The notes: generated by a model not told the origin, from the letters alone. 64,000 nucleotides of DNA from an uncultured Candidatus Rokubacteria bacterium (GCA_963708025.1 CAVPSB010000018.1:256001-320000), one strand, 5' to 3'. Positions 51,660 to 63,006 are shown, counted from the first letter of the stretch. Program-made: numbers and translations.

Positions 51660-53564
51660 TCATGGGTCGCGCCACCGGATCTCGCCCATCATCACGCCGA
51701 GCCGCCGGTCGTCGCGCGATGGGGAGAGGCGGCTCGGCACGAAGCTGTGACCGGTCTCCACCTCGACCAGCGCGTGGGCGCCGACCGGCTGGCCCAGCGG
51801 GACCTCGAGGGTCTGCCACTCGGCGGCAGTCAGCCGCAACACGGCCACCAGCCGGCGATCGACCCAGAGCTGGACGGTCTGCGGCCGCGAGGCGATGTCG
51901 GGAATCGGCGCCCGGAACGCCAGCAGCATGACCCGCCCTCGGATCGGCACCGTCAGCGCCGCGCGGGGCCCGGTCCAGCGGGCCGGGCTGCCGTCGGGCT
52001 GGCGCTCCCATCGGTAGAACCCGGCCTCGTACCCGGGCGAGACCGGGCGCTCGAGCGCCGCCTCTGCCCGCAGGCCGAGGCAGACCAGGCCGAGGGCGAC
52101 CGCGGTGAGGGCCCACCGGGGCGACCGGACGGGGCGCGGCTTCGCCGGGGCCAGCGCGGCGGCCGTCCCGGTCAGGATGCAGGCCAGGTAGAAGAGCGCG
52201 TTGACGCGGAAGGTGAACTGGACGGCGCCGTAGGCGAGCCAGCCGGTCAGGCTGGCCACCACCCCGCTCAGCAGCACCGCGGAGGGCTCCGTCGCCCGGG
52301 GGAGACTCCGGAGGGCGCCGAGCCAGATCCCCCCGAACAGGGCCGCGAAGCTGGCGAGCCCGACCAGCCCCTGCTCGGCCAGCAGGTGGAGGTAGAGGCT
52401 GTGGGCCGTGCCCCAGAACGGGCCGAAGGACTCGCGCAGCGCGCCGGCGTACTGGTGGAAGAAGAACGCGTAGCGACCGGTCCCGACGCCGAGGAGCGGG
52501 TGGTCCAGCGCCATCCGGAGCGCGGTCTGCCAGAGCCGCAGCCGGTTCGGGTCGTCGGCGAACCGGGCCAGTCGCCCGGCCACCCGGCCGTGGAGCACGA
52601 AGGCGTCGAGCATCACCGCCGCCAGGATGGCCAGGACGACCGCGCCGAGGATCGACACCGCCCGCCGGTGACCGTCTCGGGCCGGACGGCGCCCGACGAG
52701 CAGGCCGAGCGTGACGAACGCGACGAGCGCGGCGAGGTAGGCGGCGCGCTGGAAGGTGAAGACGAGGGCCAGGCTCCCCAGCCCGGCGGCCGCGACTCCG
52801 AGCGCGCGCCGCCAGCGGGGGGCGGCGGGCGGCAGGGCCAGCGCCGCCAGGGGCGGGAGGACGAGGACCAGGAAGAGAGCCAGGTAGTCCGGGTTCCACG
52901 CGACGGCGGTGAGCCGGAGATCCGGACGCTGCCAGGTCCAGAACGACAGCGTGAGGTACTGGCCGGCGGTGTGGATCACGCCGAAGAAGCGGAGGAGACC
53001 GAAGCCGGTCAGGGTGAGGACGATCGCGGCCAGCGCCGGGAGCGCGCGCACGACCGCGGCCCCCATCGCCGGCTGGGCGGCGACGGCCAGCAGTCCCGTG
53101 CCCAGGCCGAGGACGAGGACCCGCTCCAGGTACTTCAGGTGCGAGATGTCGGGGATACCCTGCGTGAGCATCGTGGACCAGTCCAGCGAGTCGAGGAGCC
53201 AGAGGTCCTCGAGGAGGTCGCGGAGGTCGAGCGGGAGCGCGAGGACGGCGGCGGCCACGAAGGCGAGCAGGGCGGCGCCGTGCGACGGGAGGAACCGGAC
53301 GCGACCCAGCAGCCAGTGGCCGAGGAAGCTGCCCAGGACGAGCGCCACCAGGATCGGCTCGAGCAGGAAGTACCGCGTCTTCGGCTCGCCGAGCAGGAAC
53401 GGCACGACGAGCAGGAGGGCGGCCAGCCCGTTCGCCGGGTGCCGGATGGTGGTGACCCCGATCCCGATCGACACCAGGGCGGCCGCGATCGGCGCCGGGA
53501 GCCCGCCCGCGGCCGCCAGGAGCCCCACCACGGCGAATCCCGCCAGGACCCACCAGGGCGACAT
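51660..53564 (-). CDS. O-antigen ligase family protein
   Basis: Many TMs, NPDYLA, RLRLW...HPLLGVGTG, AHSLYLHLLAEQG. Confidence 0.85.
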   Translation of the reverse strand: MSPWWVLAGFAVVGLLAAAGGLPAPIAAALVSIGIGVTTIRHPANGLAALLLVVPFLLGEPKTRYFLLEPILVALVLGSFLGHWLLGRVRFLPSHGAALLAFVAAAVLALPLDLRDLLEDLWLLDSLDWSTMLTQGIPDISHLKYLERVLVLGLGTGLLAVAAQPAMGAAVVRALPALAAIVLTLTGFGLLRFFGVIHTAGQYLTLSFWTWQRPDLRLTAVAWNPDYLALFLVLVLPPLAALALPPAAPRWRRALGVAAAGLGSLALVFTFQRAAYLAALVAFVTLGLLVGRRPARDGHRRAVSILGAVVLAILAAVMLDAFVLHGRVAGRLARFADDPNRLRLWQTALRMALDHPLLGVGTGRYAFFFHQYAGALRESFGPFWGTAHSLYLHLLAEQGLVGLASFAALFGGIWLGALRSLPRATEPSAVLLSGVVASLTGWLAYGAVQFTFRVNALFYLACILTGTAAALAPAKPRPVRSPRWALTAVALGLVCLGLRAEAALERPVSPGYEAGFYRWERQPDGSPARWTGPRAALTVPIRGRVMLLAFRAPIPDIASRPQTVQLWVDRRLVAVLRLTAAEWQTLEVPLGQPVGAHALVEVETGHSFVPSRLSPSRDDRRLGVMMGEIRWRDP

Positions 53565-53759
53565 CTCGCCCGGTGGCGGCGCCTCACTGGTGCCAGCGAC
53601 CGTGGCGGCCGCGCCGGCGATGCCCCCAAGGCTCCCGCGCCCTCCCGGCTCAGCTCGGGACCTCCGAAGAACCCGGAGGGGGTGAAGGAAAGCCGGCGGC
53701 TCCCATTCCGGTCGCCTGTCGGTTTCTCTCAGCGCTCCGGCTCCGCCCACGGGGCCGGG

Positions 53760-53855
53760 GCGTTCCGCTACGAGCCGCGGCCCAAAGGCCGAAGGCCGTC
53801 CAACAACCACGGCCTCCGCGGGGGGGCCTCGGGGGGGTCTTCCGAGACCCCCCCG
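53760..53855 (-). repeat. Intergenic repeat family 3, with hairpin module
   Basis: Matches 16949-17025; module at 53782-53803. Confidence 0.8.
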
Positions 53856-53861
53856 GTGTCC

Positions 53862-54723
53862 TCACCGGCGCTTCGACAGGGACGGCGTCGCCACGCCCAC
53901 GGGCTGGGCCGGACCGGCGGGACCAGCGGTCGCCGGGCCCGGGAAAGCTCGCTGCATCGCCTCGAACCAGATCCCGGCCATCCGCACGTAGCCTTGCTCG
54001 TTCGGGTGGAGAGGGTCGTCGATCCCCCGGTCCGGGGTGCCGAACAGCGACCGGTCGTTCATGCCGTCGAAGATCTCGGCGAGGACGACGCCCCGGTTCC
54101 GGGCCAGGGTCCGGATCATCGTGTTGGCCTCGTCGATGATCGCCTGGGCCCCGGGGTCGTTCCGGAAGTTCGGCGGGATGGTGCCCAGGACCGGGACGGT
54201 ATGGTTCTCCTGGGCTCGGCTCACCATGGAGTCCAGGTTCCCGACGATGGAGGCGGAATCGATCTCGCGGCTCGCGTCGTTGGTGCCTTCCATGATGAGG
54301 ACGAACCCGGGACGGTCGGCGGCCAGGACGCCCGGCAGCCGCGCGCGACCCCCTGCCGTCGTCTCGCCGCTCACGCCCCGGTTGATCACTCGCCAGCCCG
54401 GGTCGAGGCCCCGGAGCATGTTCTGGAGGTTGTTGGGATAGTTGTTGCTCGTCGCGAGCCGACTCGTCACGCTCCGGAGACCGAGACCCCGCCGGGTCAG
54501 ACCCGGATCGCCTAGCTCGCCCACGGTGATGCTGTCCCCGAAGGCGGTCGCCCGCAGCGGGTTGTTGGAGCCGAAGTCGAAGTTGGCCGGCGTCGCCGAG
54601 TTGCGGCGTGCCCGACCCGGTGCTCTTGCCTCCGCCCCCGCCGCAGCCGGCGACCGCCAGCGCCGTCAGCGCCAGCGCGAGCGCCATCCCACCCGGGCCG
54701 AGCGCCCCTCCCCTTGGTGCCAT
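53862..54723 (-). CDS. SGNH/GDSL hydrolase lipoprotein (frameshift near 54600)
   Basis: VAGC lipobox, FGDSIT, NRGVSG, GTND, DPLHPN. Confidence 0.85.
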
Positions 54724-55736
54724 CACTCGCTCCCTCCCGAAAGAATCTCGCGCACGATGTAGACCGGCTTCCGCTGCGACTCGTGGTAGGTCCGCACGAG
54801 CATCTCGCCGAGGAGCCCGTTCATCACGAAGAGGACGCCGAGCAGGATCAGCAGCACGGCCAGCTGCAGGATCGGCCGGTTCGCCAGCGGCACGCCGTGG
54901 ACGAACTTCTGGTAGGTGAGGGCGAGGGCCAGCAGCGTCCCCGCACTGCCCACGCCCAGGCCGAGCAGGCCGAAGATCTGGATCGGCCGCGTCCCGTAGC
55001 TCATCAGGAACTTCACGGTCAGGAGATCGAGCAGCACCCGGACGGTGCGCCCGATCCCGTACTTCGACACCCCGCTCCGCCGCGGCCAGTGGCCGACGGG
55101 GATCTCGCCGACCGTGGCCCCCACCCAGCGGGCCAGGGCCGGCAGGAAGCGGTGCATCTCGCCGTAGAGCGCGACGTCTTTCAGGATCTCCCGCCGGTAG
55201 ACCTTCAGCGCGCAGCCGTAGTCGTGCAGGTGCACCCCGGTGATCCAGGAGATCAGCGCGTTGGCGGCCTGCGACGGCAGGCGGCGCGACCAGAAGGCGT
55301 CCTGGCGGTCCCGGCGCCAGCCGCTGACGACGTCGTAGCCCTCCTTGAGCTTGTCGATGAGCCGGGGGATGTCGGCCGGATCGTTCTGGCGGTCACCGTC
55401 CATGGTCACGATCAGCTCACCCCGGGCCCGATCGAACCCGGCCGCCAGCGCCGCCGTCTGGCCGAAGTTGCCGCGTAGCCGCACCACCCGGAGCGTGGGG
55501 AAGCGGGCGACCGCGTCCCGCAGGCGGGCGGCCGTCGCGTCGGCCGACCCGTCGTCGACGACGATCAGCTCGTAGGGCCGGCCGAGCCCTTCGAGAACGT
55601 CGCGCAGGCTGTCGAGCAGGGGCAGGACGTTGTCCTCCTCGTTGTACACCGGGACGACCACCGATACCATGCCCGGCACCACGCGGCGCCGTCTCCCCCG
55701 CGGTCCTCCGGAACGCTTCGGGCGGGCGTCGCTCAC
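54723..55736 (-). CDS. GT2 polyprenol-phosphate glycosyltransferase (ArnC/DPM-like)
   Basis: VVPVYNE, DDGS, MDGDRQNDP, two C-terminal TMs. Confidence 0.9.
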   Translation of the reverse strand: MSDARPKRSGGPRGRRRRVVPGMVSVVVPVYNEEDNVLPLLDSLRDVLEGLGRPYELIVVDDGSADATAARLRDAVARFPTLRVVRLRGNFGQTAALAAGFDRARGELIVTMDGDRQNDPADIPRLIDKLKEGYDVVSGWRRDRQDAFWSRRLPSQAANALISWITGVHLHDYGCALKVYRREILKDVALYGEMHRFLPALARWVGATVGEIPVGHWPRRSGVSKYGIGRTVRVLLDLLTVKFLMSYGTRPIQIFGLLGLGVGSAGTLLALALTYQKFVHGVPLANRPILQLAVLLILLGVLFVMNGLLGEMLVRTYHESQRKPVYIVREILSGGSE

Positions 55737-56707
55737 GAGGCCTTCTCCCCGGCCGCCCGCAGCTCGCCGAGCGTCAGGTTCAGCGCCCCCAGGTACGCGA
55801 GGCCGGCCAGCGTGATCGGGATGTAGTTGACGGCGTGGTAGAGGATCGAGAGCGACAGCGCCGTCGCCTCCGGCACCGCGAAGAGCGCCAGCGCGAACTT
55901 CGTCGCGAACTGGAAGGTACCGAGGTAGCCCGGCGCCGACGGGAGCACGAGGAGGCCGGCCACGATGGCGAGGACGAAGAAGCCCGCGTGCAGGGGGAGG
56001 TCGAGCGAGAACGCCACGAACGTCGCCTGCAGGCCGAGGGCGTTGACGATCCAGATAGCCAGCGACAGCCCCGCTATCGTCAGGAGCGACCGTCCGTCAC
56101 CGAGCGTGTCGAGTCCGAGACAGAACGACTCGAGGGCGTGGCCGGCAGGTGACCGGAAACGGGCCGGCAGCCAGACGAGGAGGCCCGTGATCACCCGGCG
56201 GCTCCGGCTCCACCGCAGCGAGAGCAGGGCGCCGAGGACGGCGAGGTACAGGCAGAACGAGGCCGCGCTCAGCCACAGGAGCCATCCCGGCAGGCTGAGG
56301 AAGAACAGCCCCCCGACCAGGAACAGGAGGAGCGTGAACCCGTCGAAGATTCGCTCGATGACGACGGTGGCGAACGCGAGGGGCGCCGGGATGGATTCGG
56401 AGCGGCCGAGCGCGTAGGCCCGGACGAATTCGCCGATGCGGGCCGGGAGGACGTTGTTGGCCATGAACCCGATCAGGGTGATCCCGAACAGTCGATGGAC
56501 CCCGATCTGCTTGACCGGCCGCAGCAGCACCTGCCAGCGCACCGCGGTGAGCCAGAATCGGACGGGGAGGCTCAGGACGACGAGGACGACCCACGCGGGG
56601 CGGACCGTCGCGAAGGCCCGGGCGACCTCGCCGAGATCCACGCCGCGAAACGCGAACCACAGGAGGACCAGGCTGACGACGATCCCCAGCCAGAGCTTCC
56701 AGCGCAT
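55733..56707 (-). CDS. LPG synthase TM / flippase-like membrane protein
   Basis: NNVLPARIGE, ERIFD, PSAPGYLG. Confidence 0.85.
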   Translation of the reverse strand: MRWKLWLGIVVSLVLLWFAFRGVDLGEVARAFATVRPAWVVLVVLSLPVRFWLTAVRWQVLLRPVKQIGVHRLFGITLIGFMANNVLPARIGEFVRAYALGRSESIPAPLAFATVVIERIFDGFTLLLFLVGGLFFLSLPGWLLWLSAASFCLYLAVLGALLSLRWSRSRRVITGLLVWLPARFRSPAGHALESFCLGLDTLGDGRSLLTIAGLSLAIWIVNALGLQATFVAFSLDLPLHAGFFVLAIVAGLLVLPSAPGYLGTFQFATKFALALFAVPEATALSLSILYHAVNYIPITLAGLAYLGALNLTLGELRAAGEKAS

Positions 56708-56711
56708 CTCG

Positions 56712-57278
56712 TCAGCCGAGGTCGGCCGCGACCGCCGGCCGGGCACCCGGGCGGCGGAGGCGCAGCGCGCAGAAGATGGCGACCGGTCCGCCCACCAGCA
56801 GCGTCTCGCCGAGGACGGCGCCCACGTTGTGCCAGTTGACGAAGGCCGACCAGCTCGCGCCGTGGTGGATGTCCGTGAAGACGAGGAGCGGGGACAGGAA
56901 GACGGCGTCCGAGAACGGCCACAGCAGGGGAATGCCGCGGGGCACGGTCCGGTCCACGGTGACGAGGTCGAGCGCCAGATGCGAGGCGTAGGCGGCGCCG
57001 AGAATGGCGGCGCGCCGGGCCGGGGGCCCGAGGACGGGGGAGGCCAGCGGGGCGGCCAGCAGCGCGAACAGGACGGCGGCGGCCAGGCTGTGCGTCGCCC
57101 AGTGGTGGTAGCGGCTCGGATCGCCGACGAGGAGGCCCGGCAGGAAGTCGAGGTCGGCCGCTACGCCGGCGAGGACGGCCAGGGCCCACGGGCGCCAGTC
57201 CCGGCGCAGAGCGCCGCCGGGAGTGAGCCCGGCGTACACCGCCGCCCCGGCCAAGGCATGGGCTACCGGCGACGGCAT
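56712..57278 (-). CDS. YdjM-like metal-dependent membrane hydrolase
   Basis: MPSPVAH, ADLD, HHWATHSL, SHLALD, LLWPF. Confidence 0.85.
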   Translation of the reverse strand: MPSPVAHALAGAAVYAGLTPGGALRRDWRPWALAVLAGVAADLDFLPGLLVGDPSRYHHWATHSLAAAVLFALLAAPLASPVLGPPARRAAILGAAYASHLALDLVTVDRTVPRGIPLLWPFSDAVFLSPLLVFTDIHHGASWSAFVNWHNVGAVLGETLLVGGPVAIFCALRLRRPGARPAVAADLG

Positions 57279-57291
57279 CCGCGCCGAGTCT

Positions 57292-58758
57292 TCACCGTGC
57301 AGCCGCGCCGGGGGCCGCGGGCTTGCGGCCGACGGCGATGAGCGACAGCCCGAAGGGGAGGGACAGCGCCGATTCGGCGCGAAGGAGCGGCACCAGGAGG
57401 TTCTGCAGCCGGAGCTGCACGCCTGGCACGGTGGTCCGCCGCAGGAGGACGCTGTTCGCGTACCAGCCGAGCACGCCCAGCCGGTTGAAAAAGGCCGTGT
57501 GCTCGCTCGCGAAGCCCGCCTCGGCGAGCCTCGCGAGCAGGCCCTCGCGCTCGTAGCGGCGGTAGTGATAGATGGCCTTGTCGATGGCGCCATAGAGCCG
57601 CTGGTGGGCGGGGACGAGCAGGACGAGGCGACCGCCGGGGACGAGCGTCTCCCACATGCGGCGGAGCGCCTGCCGGTCATCCTCGATGTGCTCGAGCACG
57701 TTCAGGCACACGATGGTGTCCAGCCGGAGGTCGGCCAGCCCGGCCGGATCGAAGTCGGCCAGGTCCAGGCGCCGCACGTGCACCCGGGTGTGGCGCTCGA
57801 AGGTGTTGGCCAGCAGCCGCAGGTAGCGCGCGTTCAGGTCGGTGGCGACGATCAGGTCGCGCCCCACCAGGAACCGCGTCAGGGTGCCGATGCCCGAGCC
57901 GATCTCCAGCACCCGCTGGCCGAGGTGCGGGGCGAGCTGGTTGAAGATCCAGCGGTTGTAGCGCTCGGCCCGGCTCAGCCGGAGCAGCGTCTGGTAGCCC
58001 GGATCGGTGTTGTCCTGGTCGTCGAGGACCGCATACTTGAGGATCGTCCACAGGGCGGCCACGCCGTCGGTCCAGCGGATCTTCTTGCCTTCCCAGTATC
58101 CTCGCCCGGAGTAGGAGATGGGCACCTCGTAGATCCGAGCCCGGACTTTCGCGAGCTTGGCGGTCAGCTCCGGCTCGACGCCGAACCGGTCGGAGCGGAT
58201 CGGGATGCTCTTGATCACATCCGCCCGGAAGGCCTTGTACCCGGTCTCCATGTCGGTCAGGTTCAGGTTGGTCACCGCGTTGGAGGCGAGCGTCAGGAGC
58301 TTGTTGGCCAGGTGGTGCCAGAAAAAGAGGACGCGCCGTGGCGAGCCGGTGAACCGGGAGCCATAGACCGCGTCGGCCTTCCCCTCCACGATGGGGCCGA
58401 TCAGCCGAGGATACTCCCGCGGATCGTACTCGAGGTCGGCGTCCTGGATCACGACGACGTCCCCCCGCGCCTCGGCGAAGCCCCGACGCAGGGCCGCCCC
58501 CTTGCCCTGGTTCCGCTCCTGGTAGAAGACGCGGATCTCGTTCTTCTCGTCGAACGTCCCCGCCCGCCGGGCCTCCCCGAGGTCCGTCTCCAGCTGGCGC
58601 AGGAAGTCCCGCGTCCCGTCGGTGGAGCCGTCGTCCACGATGACGATCTCCTTCGGGATGGCGATCGCCTGGACACGCTCCAGGATCTCGGGCAGCGTCA
58701 GCCGCTCGTTGTAGACCGGCACCACCACGGACAGCTTGAAGGGAGCCCCCCCGTCCAC
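57292..58758 (-). CDS. Bifunctional GT2 / class I SAM methyltransferase
   Basis: [34 protein letters not shown]. Confidence 0.9.
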   Translation of the reverse strand: MDGGAPFKLSVVVPVYNERLTLPEILERVQAIAIPKEIVIVDDGSTDGTRDFLRQLETDLGEARRAGTFDEKNEIRVFYQERNQGKGAALRRGFAEARGDVVVIQDADLEYDPREYPRLIGPIVEGKADAVYGSRFTGSPRRVLFFWHHLANKLLTLASNAVTNLNLTDMETGYKAFRADVIKSIPIRSDRFGVEPELTAKLAKVRARIYEVPISYSGRGYWEGKKIRWTDGVAALWTILKYAVLDDQDNTDPGYQTLLRLSRAERYNRWIFNQLAPHLGQRVLEIGSGIGTLTRFLVGRDLIVATDLNARYLRLLANTFERHTRVHVRRLDLADFDPAGLADLRLDTIVCLNVLEHIEDDRQALRRMWETLVPGGRLVLLVPAHQRLYGAIDKAIYHYRRYEREGLLARLAEAGFASEHTAFFNRLGVLGWYANSVLLRRTTVPGVQLRLQNLLVPLLRAESALSLPFGLSLIAVGRKPAAPGAAAR

Positions 58759-58861
58759 CCGGGCATTATACCAGCGGGTTCGCCGTCCCGACCTAGAATG
58801 ACCGCACCGACACGTCGGGGAAACCCGCTACGACGCGGGCGGAATCCGACTTGGCCGCTCC

Positions 58862-59623
58862 GTGGCGTGCGCTAGCGTGGCGCTGTCCATGGACAGCCGC
58901 GCCGGGGAGAACGGCGACACCGGGCGAGCGCCGCTCGGCCCGTCGAGCGCCTTCGCCGCCGGCGTGTCGCTGCCGGCGACCCGGCGGCCCACGCCGGCCC
59001 ACCTCGAGGAGGTCTGCCGGATCCACTGCGAGGTCATGCCCGACGGGTTTCTCGCCCGGCTCGGGCCGGCCGTGCTGTACGAGATCTACGCGGGGGCCGC
59101 CTCCTCGCCGAGCGTGATCTGGCTGGTCCGCCGGTACGGTGCCGGGATCGCCGGGTTCCTCCTGGCGACCGTGGACATACGAGCCCTGTTCCGTCACGTC
59201 CTGCTCCGGCGCGGGCCGCGCCTGGTTCCGCACCTGGCCCGGGCCGCCAGCCGCGATCCCCGGCTCGTCGGGCGGATGCTGGAGAGTCTCCGGTATCCGG
59301 GGACCCGGGGCGGCCAGCCCGCCGGCCCGTCGGGTGGCGCCGAGCTGGTGGCGATCGGGGTCCGGGCGGAGTACCGGTCGAACGGCTACGCCACCGCGAT
59401 GATCCAGGGCCTGAACGCCGCGTTCCTCCGGCGCGGGGTGTCGCGCTACACTGTCCCGGTCTACGCGTCGAACGCGGGGGCCAACGCCTTCTACCGGAAG
59501 CTCGGCTTCGAGGTGCTGCACGAGTTCCGGATGTACGGCGTGGCGTGGACGCGCTACCAGCTCGATCTCGGTCGAGACCTCCCCCACCCCGGTCACTCCG
59601 AGACAGAGGACAGGAGGCACTGA
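58862..59623 (+). CDS. GNAT family N-acetyltransferase
   Basis: IGVRAEYRSNGYA, NAGANAFYRKLGF. Confidence 0.85.
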   Translation: MACASVALSMDSRAGENGDTGRAPLGPSSAFAAGVSLPATRRPTPAHLEEVCRIHCEVMPDGFLARLGPAVLYEIYAGAASSPSVIWLVRRYGAGIAGFLLATVDIRALFRHVLLRRGPRLVPHLARAASRDPRLVGRMLESLRYPGTRGGQPAGPSGGAELVAIGVRAEYRSNGYATAMIQGLNAAFLRRGVSRYTVPVYASNAGANAFYRKLGFEVLHEFRMYGVAWTRYQLDLGRDLPHPGHSETEDRRH

Positions 59624-60234
59624 TGGAGCATGGGACCCGCATCGCGCCCCCGTTGCTGTACGAGATGTTCGGCGTTGGCGCCCTCATCGCCACGTACTGG
59701 ATCGTCGAGCTGGACCGGCCAGCGGAGATCCTCGGACTCGACGACTACAAGGTATGGGACCGGCTCGAAGCCGCGCTGCTCACCGTGCTCACCCTGCTGC
59801 TGGCGCTTCCCGCCTTCGTCCGGATGCGGCGCCTGACCGCGCACGTCTTCTACCTGGAAGCGCTCCTGCGGAGCCGGAGAGGGGGTGGCCATCCCCGGGG
59901 CGAGATCGTGGCCCGTCTCGGAGACGGGAACCCGGCCACCGAGTGGCGATTTGCGTTCGACAGCGCCGTGCAATCGATCCTTCATCCCGAGCGCGGGGGG
60001 CGAGTCGTCGCCGGACAGGCCTCCCGGTCCGCGGGCGGACTGCTCCGCGAACAGTACGAGGTCGAGCGCGAGGGCGGCTCACGATTCTTCGCGGACGGCG
60101 AAGACCTCCGGTACCTGCCCCTCTGTGAGGGCCGGCCGATGCGGTATGTCAGGGCCAGGCACGACGTGGAGGGACGTCTGACCCTGGTGTATCAGTGCCC
60201 GGATTGCTGGGAGACCAGCGAGCTCCTGCTGTGA
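59623..60234 (+). CDS. Hypothetical membrane protein
   Basis: AGGAGG RBS, TGATG coupling, two TMs, C-terminal Cys motif. Confidence 0.6.
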   Translation: MEHGTRIAPPLLYEMFGVGALIATYWIVELDRPAEILGLDDYKVWDRLEAALLTVLTLLLALPAFVRMRRLTAHVFYLEALLRSRRGGGHPRGEIVARLGDGNPATEWRFAFDSAVQSILHPERGGRVVAGQASRSAGGLLREQYEVEREGGSRFFADGEDLRYLPLCEGRPMRYVRARHDVEGRLTLVYQCPDCWETSELLL

Positions 60235-60269
60235 GATGACGAGCTGTCAGCGAAGCGCGAACCACGCCC

Positions 60270-63006
60270 GTGGATGATTGGCGACGAGTGTTTCGAGTCG
60301 GCGCGGTGACCGGTCGTCACGTCGCGGGCGTCGTTGCCGTCGGGGCCCTGCTGCGGCTCCTCCTCCTCCGCGGCGCCAGCCTCTGGTACGACGAGGCGAC
60401 CGTCGGGCTCGCGGGGCTGGCCGTCTTGCGGGGCGAGCTCCCGATCTACTTCTTCGGCCAGCCGTTCATGGGGGCGCTCGGCGACGCGTACATGACGGCG
60501 CCCCTCTACGTCCTGTTCGGCGTCTCGGCCCGCACCCTCGAGCTCGGCGGGGTGCTGGCCGGCATCGCCTGGCTCGTCCTGGTGGTGCGCCTGGCGCACG
60601 ATGCCTTCGGGCCGCGGGCGGCCTTGTTCACGGCGCTCGTGCTGGCGCTGCCCCCCGACTACCTCCTCTACTGGGCCCACGAGGGGCGTCCCCACTACCC
60701 CCTGGCCATGGCGCTCGGCACCCTCGCGCTCCAGATCGCCCTTCGACTGCCGATCGCGCGCCCGGCCCGCGCCGTGTTCCACGGCGGGCTGCTCGGGCTG
60801 GTGCTGGGGCTGGCGTACTGGACGAATCTGCTCTCCCTCGTGTTCTTCCCCGCCGTCCTCCTCCTGCTCGTGCGCCGCGGCCTGCGGCCGGGCCTCGCCC
60901 GCGCGGCGGGAGCCGCGGTCATGGCGTTCCTCCTCGGGAGCCTGCCCCACTGGCTCTACGCGGTCCCTCACGGCACCGCCGTGCCTCCGGCCGGGGGGCG
61001 GCTGCGGCTGGCCGAGCTGTGGGAGTACGTGAACGCGGCCGTCAGGCTGTCTTGGCCACGACTCGTCGGGGTGCCGGCCAGCCTCCTCGAGCACCGCACC
61101 GGCGCCGGGCTCGCGCTCGTCCTCGCCCTCGTCTACGGGCTGGCGGTCGCCACCGCAATCCGGGCGCTCCGCCGGGACCCCCCGGGGCGGCGCGATGCGA
61201 GCGTCGCGCTGCTGGTGCTCATCGCCACCAACCTGGCGGTCGCCGCGGGAACCCAGTACGGAAGGTTCCTGGCGGCGGACTCGCGCTATCTCCTGCCGCT
61301 CTACACGGCGCTGCCGCCGCTGCTGGGCCGATGGATCGCCGGCCTGGCGGCGTGGCGGGCGGCGGCGGTGGTCGGGGCCCTCCTCCTCGTCCACGGCGCG
61401 AGCGGGCTGGGGAGCCAGCTCGAGAACCTGCGTCCGTCGGGCGCGCCGGAGGCGGAGGTCACCCGGGCCCACCTCGAGACGGTGGCCGCGCTCGAGCGCC
61501 AGGGGCTCCGGCGACTCTACGCCCCCGACTTCGGCACGCGCGTGTTCACGTTCCTTTCGGCTGAGCGTGTGATCTTCGCGAGCCACTACGAGGAGATGTA
61601 CCCACCCTATGCCGTCGCGGTGGACGCTGCCGAGCGAGTGGCGTGGTGGATGGGCGACCCCTCGCCCAGCTTCGAGGCGAGCCTGGCGGCGCTGGGCGTC
61701 CACGCCACGTTCGTCCGCGCCACCCGGCATGGTGGCGTCTACGTGGACTTCGGGCTGGCGGAGCAACGGGTGCACGCGCTCGACCCGGGCGGCTGGGATG
61801 CGACAGCGAGCGCCGGCGGGGGCACCGCCCGGTGGGTGGCTGACCGGGACGCCGCGACAGTCTGGAGCACTGGGCGGCCCAAGCGGGGCGGCGAATGGCT
61901 CCAGGTCGACCTCGGCCAGGTCGAGCCCGTCGCGCTGATCCGCTGGCTGCCGGGGACCTACCAGGAGGTGCCCGACGGGCTGACCCTGGAGCTCTCGCGC
62001 GACGGGGTCGCCTGGAAGCAGGTCATCGACCTCCCCACCTACATGGGGCCCCTCTACTGGTCGGCCGGGCGTCCCATGGGGCACGTCCGGAGCGGTCGCG
62101 TCGAGCTGCGGGTGCCCCCGACGCCGGCGCGCTACCTGCGTGTCACCCAAACGGGAGCCAACGCCATCTGGCAATGGACGGTGCGCGAGCTCTACGTGTA
62201 CGCGGCAACGGGGGAGCCGACCGCGCCGGTGCTGCCGGTCAACGGCCTCGCGCTCGCCCGCCAGGTTCGGGCGGCCGGCGTGACGCGCCTGTACGCCGAT
62301 CACGGCTGGGGAAGCCGGGTCGCCCTCGCCGAGCCGTTCATCCGGATCATGCCGGCCAATGCCTCCGTGGACGCCTACGGCTTCACAGGCGCCGCCCACG
62401 ACCTCCTGCCCCCGCTCCGCTGGACGCCGGGCGCCGGCATCCTCCTCGAGGCGCCCGACGCCCCCGGGTTCGCCGAGGTGGCGCGCGCCAGTGGCCTGGC
62501 CTACACCGAGCAAGCACTCGGGGATCTCCGGCTCTTCACCTACGCGCCGCCGCCTCCGCGACCCGGTGTCGCGCTGCCGCGCAAGAGCCTTCGCGTCTCT
62601 GCGTCACGCGAGCCTGAGCGGGCCCCCCTGGCTACCGACGGCGATCGCCGCAGCCGCTGGGCGACGGCCCACCCCCAGACCGAGGGCGACTGGGTGCGTG
62701 TTCAACCTGGGCAGTCCGCGGACCGTGAGTGCCGTGGAGCTGTTCACGGCGACCCCGACCGACGCCGGCCGCGGGCTGGCCGTGGAGGGAAGCGACGACG
62801 GGATCACGTGGCGGCCGCTCGCGGCGTCGCTGGTGACCAGGGCCCGGCTCCGCTGGATGGGGATCGGCGTCCTCCGCGACGGCGTCGGGGCGCAGCGCCT
62901 CGAGTTCCCGCCGGCCCGGCTCACGGCGCTGCGGCTCACCCTGACCCGCGGCCATCCGGTCTTCGACTGGTCGATCCACGAGCTGACGGTCTTCGCGCCG
63001 CAGTAG
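60270..63006 (+). CDS. GT-C-type glycosyltransferase with two discoidin (F5/8 type C) domains (frameshift near 62700)
   Basis: DEATVGL...FFGQPFMG, many TMs, WLQVDLG, WTVREL and WSIHEL repeats. Confidence 0.78.

Noticed and set aside
11113-53855. Repeats as a CRISPR array or integron attC sites
   Set aside because: They are dispersed rather than regularly spaced. No cas or integrase gene is present, and no GTTRRRY core sites were recognised.
51420-54515. Long plus-strand ORFs (1031 aa here; also 28436-31018 and others)
   Set aside because: These are antisense shadows of real genes in high-GC DNA and carry no recognisable motifs.
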